This document shows positions 60,587-64,000 of a DNA stretch of 64,000 nucleotides, piece by piece. Each line of letters begins with the position of its first letter. Position 1 is the first letter of the stretch. Origin of the DNA: Macrostomum hystrix (lineage: Eukaryota > Animalia > Platyhelminthes); NCBI GenBank assembly GCA_950097015.1, contig CATNEN010000008.1, positions 3,844,001 to 3,908,000 of the forward strand, read 5' to 3'. The translations under genes were made by a program, and so were the position numbers. The notes beneath the pieces were generated by a model, which worked only from the letters and a program-made list of their open reading frames with translations, made no database searches and was not told the DNA's origin.

Positions 60587-63500
60587 TTAGCAAGCCGAGT
60601 TGATTTGGCTATGGCTTTTAGAATCGACACTGTCACCATCAGCTGCTTTCGCTGCCTGGTAATGCTCCGCAGTGGAAGCCATCGGCGTCGCTGACACATT
60701 GCGTAGTCGTTGGCGACGACTTGCTACCACCGCAAAGATGCGGGCAACTAGTTCGATGAGTTCGCACGCGGTCAGCACAGAGACACCCGACCAGAGACCT
60801 AGGGCACCTGTTTAGGATGAATTCGAATTGGCTGACAAAAGTGGGGTTTAGGCTGACTGGAGTGGGGTTGAGGCTGACTGGAGTGGGGTTGAGGCTGACT
60901 GGAGTGAGGTTGAGGCTGACTGGAGTGGGGTTGAGGCTGACTGGAGTGGGGTTGAGGCTGACAGGATTGGGGTTGAGGCTGACTGGAGTGGGGTTGAGTT
61001 TAAGTGGTTTATGGCTAGAAATGGCTGTGTTCCTGATTTAATGTTGACCATTAGTAGACGGATATCGTTCGTTCGTACCCCCTAAGTCGGCCATGAGGTT
61101 CTTGATAGTGTAGGAAGGCTCCTCCGTGACCTCCTGCCCAAATTCGGTGGCCGCCTGCACTGTGACCTTGGCCAGCCGCTTCTCCACCATGCGCAACTCG
61201 GTTTCGAACGCTTGCACATTGAAGGAGGAGGATTGCCAGCCATTGCTCACAGAATATTCGTATGCCTTTAAGTAGGAGTAGAACAGACTTCCTATGCCGC
61301 TAGAGCGTAAGAAGTTACTAGGATACGACCAGCCGCCAAGTTTTCCCATCAGGAAGTTGAAGGCATTCTCAGTTGTAAGGCCGGGCCATGGATAGACGGC
61401 CTGGCGCAGCGAGTATGAGCGAGTCTCGCACAGCGGTGGACAGGCCAGTCGGCGGGCCTCGCGTTCGTGACTGGCCTGCAGGCCGATCTGGGCCTGGGTG
61501 CACTGCTCCAGGCGGTCAAGCTCAGCGCTGGACAGATTCGTCGAGCCGTCAAAGCAGTGGCTGTGCAGCGATGCCATGTCCGATGGAATCGGCAGGAACG
61601 ATGGCAGGCAGCCGCACTGGGACACGAACTGCTGCACTTTGTAGGTGTTGACGCAGTCGTCCTGAGTGGCCCAATCGAAGCGAACTGTGCGACCAGTTGG
61701 ACGACTGCGGAATTGAAGAGGAAGTTGGTGATGAAGGACGCGGAGCATTTGGTGATGAAGGAGCGTTGGGAATGTTGGGATTCTTATTGCACATACGTGC
61801 CGGTCTCCTTGGAAGCGAGAATAGTCCTCAAAATGTTCAGCTTTTCCGACCATTCTATTGTTGAATAAAGCCTGCTCAGATTGGCAGTGTCCCTAAAATT
61901 GACGAAAATTATTTTGTGTTTATGAATCGAGACCTAGGCTAAACTAACTTTGAGATTGACAAAACTACAAATCCATCAAGCGATCACCATGGTAGCGAGG
62001 CCACCCATGCCCAGCTTGTGTTCCAGGTAGGCAGTGCGTAGGTAACAGGCGGCAAGCTCCGAGTGCAGGGCTGACTCGGCGGCTTCGGGAAGCGGACGGT
62101 GCGGTCGTAGCGAAGCTTGAGCTCAGCGTGCTGTCCGGGGCTGACTAGAATCGAGTCGGAGCGGCGCGGGTACTGGCCAGCGGGAACCACAGCTACCTGA
62201 TTATTAGTTTCAGATGATCAAAACTATACGAGCTACTCAATTCATCATGTTCTGTTTGTGTTTAATTATGCTATACCGATACAACTAATTAGCTTTCTGA
62301 TATTTTCTAGTGCAGCTGAAAACCATTGCGACAATGCAGAGTAATGAGTCGATGTTTTGCTATTTGAGCGACCTTCCAAGCCAAAGTGAAACTCAATCCC
62401 GTTAAGTCTCCTTACTCTCAATGCGCTCATGGTGTCGTCTGAATCCAGCAGCCCTGACGTGAGCACAGCTGCCGTCTTGCTCAGGTTGGCGAACTGCCTT
62501 CCAAGCGTGTCCGTGTCATCGGTGAAGTAGCTGAAGGTCAGGCGGGATTCCGTCGCCTTGTTAGTTGTAAACAGCTCTGCGAAGCCGGAGGTGTTGAAGC
62601 GATGGCAGGGTCCCAGCTGCGGATGCAGCACAGTCTGGAAGTTGAGCAGGGAGCAGGGGTGACCTGCAAAGCTGCAGTCGGTCAATCCGATGCCCAGGCT
62701 ACTGCCGAAACGCGTAGCAAGCTGATCGGCACCGACCCTTTCGCGTATCACGCTTGTAACTGCACGAATTTTTGTGTCTGCAAGATGCAAAAGTTTCATC
62801 CTTTGAAATTTCGAAACTGAAGGCAGAAATGGACGAAACAATATAAGACGGTTCGAGACGAGGCGAGGCGAGACGAGACGAAATAAGACTGACAAGACGA
62901 GACGAAACGAGACGAGACGAAACGAGACGAGATGAGATGAGAGGAGACGAGACGAGATGAGACGAAATAAGATGATACGAAACGAGACGAGATGAGATGA
63001 GATGAGACGAGACGAAACGAGACGAGATGAGATGAGATGAGACGAGACGAGACGAGATGAAACGAAATAAGATGAGACGAGACGAGACGAAATAAGACTG
63101 ACAAGACGAAACGAAACGAGAAGAGACGAACCGAGATGAGAGGAGACGAGACGAGATGAGATGAGAGGAGACGAGACGAGATGAGATGAGAGGAGACGAG
63201 ACGAGATGAGATGAGAGGAGACGAGACGAGATGAGATGAGAGGAGACGAGACGAAATAAGATGAGAGGAGACGAGACGAAACGAGACGAGACGAAACGAG
63301 ACGAGATGAGATGAGACGAGACGAGATGAAATAAGACGAGACGAAACGAGACGAGACGAGATGAGACGAGACGAAACGAAACGAGACGAGATGAGATGAG
63401 ATGAGATGAGACGAGACGATGTAAGATGAGACGAGATGAGCAGAGACATGACAAACGTAAAGATTTTTAGCGCTTTTATACTTAATAGTTTAAGAAATTA

Positions 63501-64000
63501 ATAAAAAAATTAATACTTTTATAATCCAGATAAGTCATAGCCCAGGCAAGTCGAATGTGGGTTGAAAAACTTGAACTCACGGCAGGTGTCCATATTGCAG
63601 GTGTTGAAGTCGACAATGTCACCAATACGATAGGCGCACACAGGCCACACAGAGTCGATCATTGTTATGCGCCTAAAATGTTAGAAATCGATTGAGTTTC
63701 GGATGTAACTAGCTGTCAATCGCAGGCATGTATCAGGTAGCACAGCTGGCTGTTGCAGTTACCGGGCCACGAGACTGTTATCAGGCAATAAATACACGTA
63801 GTTGAGCACGACTCTGGCTGGTCTGCAGTAGGAATGGTTCAGCTCCATGTCTGATGTTTCGATGCTGACGTTCATAATTCTGCCTACAATTTAGGTTGCG
63901 GTATACATGGGTGCAATATTGATGCACAATGGCTGGCCTTTTCTATCAGCTACTCACTCATCAGCGCATCCGGATGGACTGGGTATTCCATGCTTCCGGA
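60587..64000 (-). CDS. DEG/ENaC paralog C (3' part; 5' end beyond window), also kringle-containing
   Basis: Approximate exons 60587-60808 (ALGLWSGVSVLTACE), 61083-61795 (thumb, LMADLGG), 61990-62192, 62400-62790 (C..C..F..HPQLGPCHRF), 63567-63668 (WPVCAY..TCNMDTC) and 63790-63885 (NHSYCRP). Confidence 0.85.
60835..61000. repeat. 21-bp minisatellite GGGGTTGAGGCTGACTGGAGT in last intron of paralog C
   Basis: About 8 tandem copies. Confidence 0.92.
62848..63445. repeat. Compound pentanucleotide microsatellite (GAGAC/GAGAT/GAAAC)n in paralog C intron
   Basis: About 600 bp of pure 5-mer variants. Confidence 0.96.

Noticed and set aside
62699-63454. Ser/Arg-rich ORFs
   Set aside because: Pentanucleotide microsatellite translations.

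Overview
Eukaryotic (metazoan) genomic DNA with spliced, GC-rich exons and minisatellite-filled introns. The style resembles a free-living flatworm such as Macrostomum, but that is inference only. From left to right: (1) A Kyakuja-Dileera-Zisupton (KDZ) DNA transposon of at least 14 kb, bounded by long, internally repetitive G-rich inverted arrays. It carries two convergent spliced genes: a KDZ transposase (-) and a companion gene (+) with HMG-box-like and GTF2I-repeat-like segments. (2) A complete, apparently very young Ty3/Gypsy LTR retrotransposon (-; 15513-24348, ATAC TSD) with gag, a -1 frameshifted pol and an extra non-env ORF3. (3) A flavin monooxygenase with an unusual C-terminal domain. 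(4) IMP4. (5) ECM29/ECPAS. (6) A cluster of three DEG/ENaC channel paralogs whose extracellular finger region carries inserted kringle and WSC domains: one decayed, one near-complete, one running off the window end. Two tRNA-derived SINE families, several MITE/foldback elements and many minisatellites are interspersed. Exon models were built by eye from GT-AG junctions and reading frame. No database searches were run, so family calls rest on remembered motifs.
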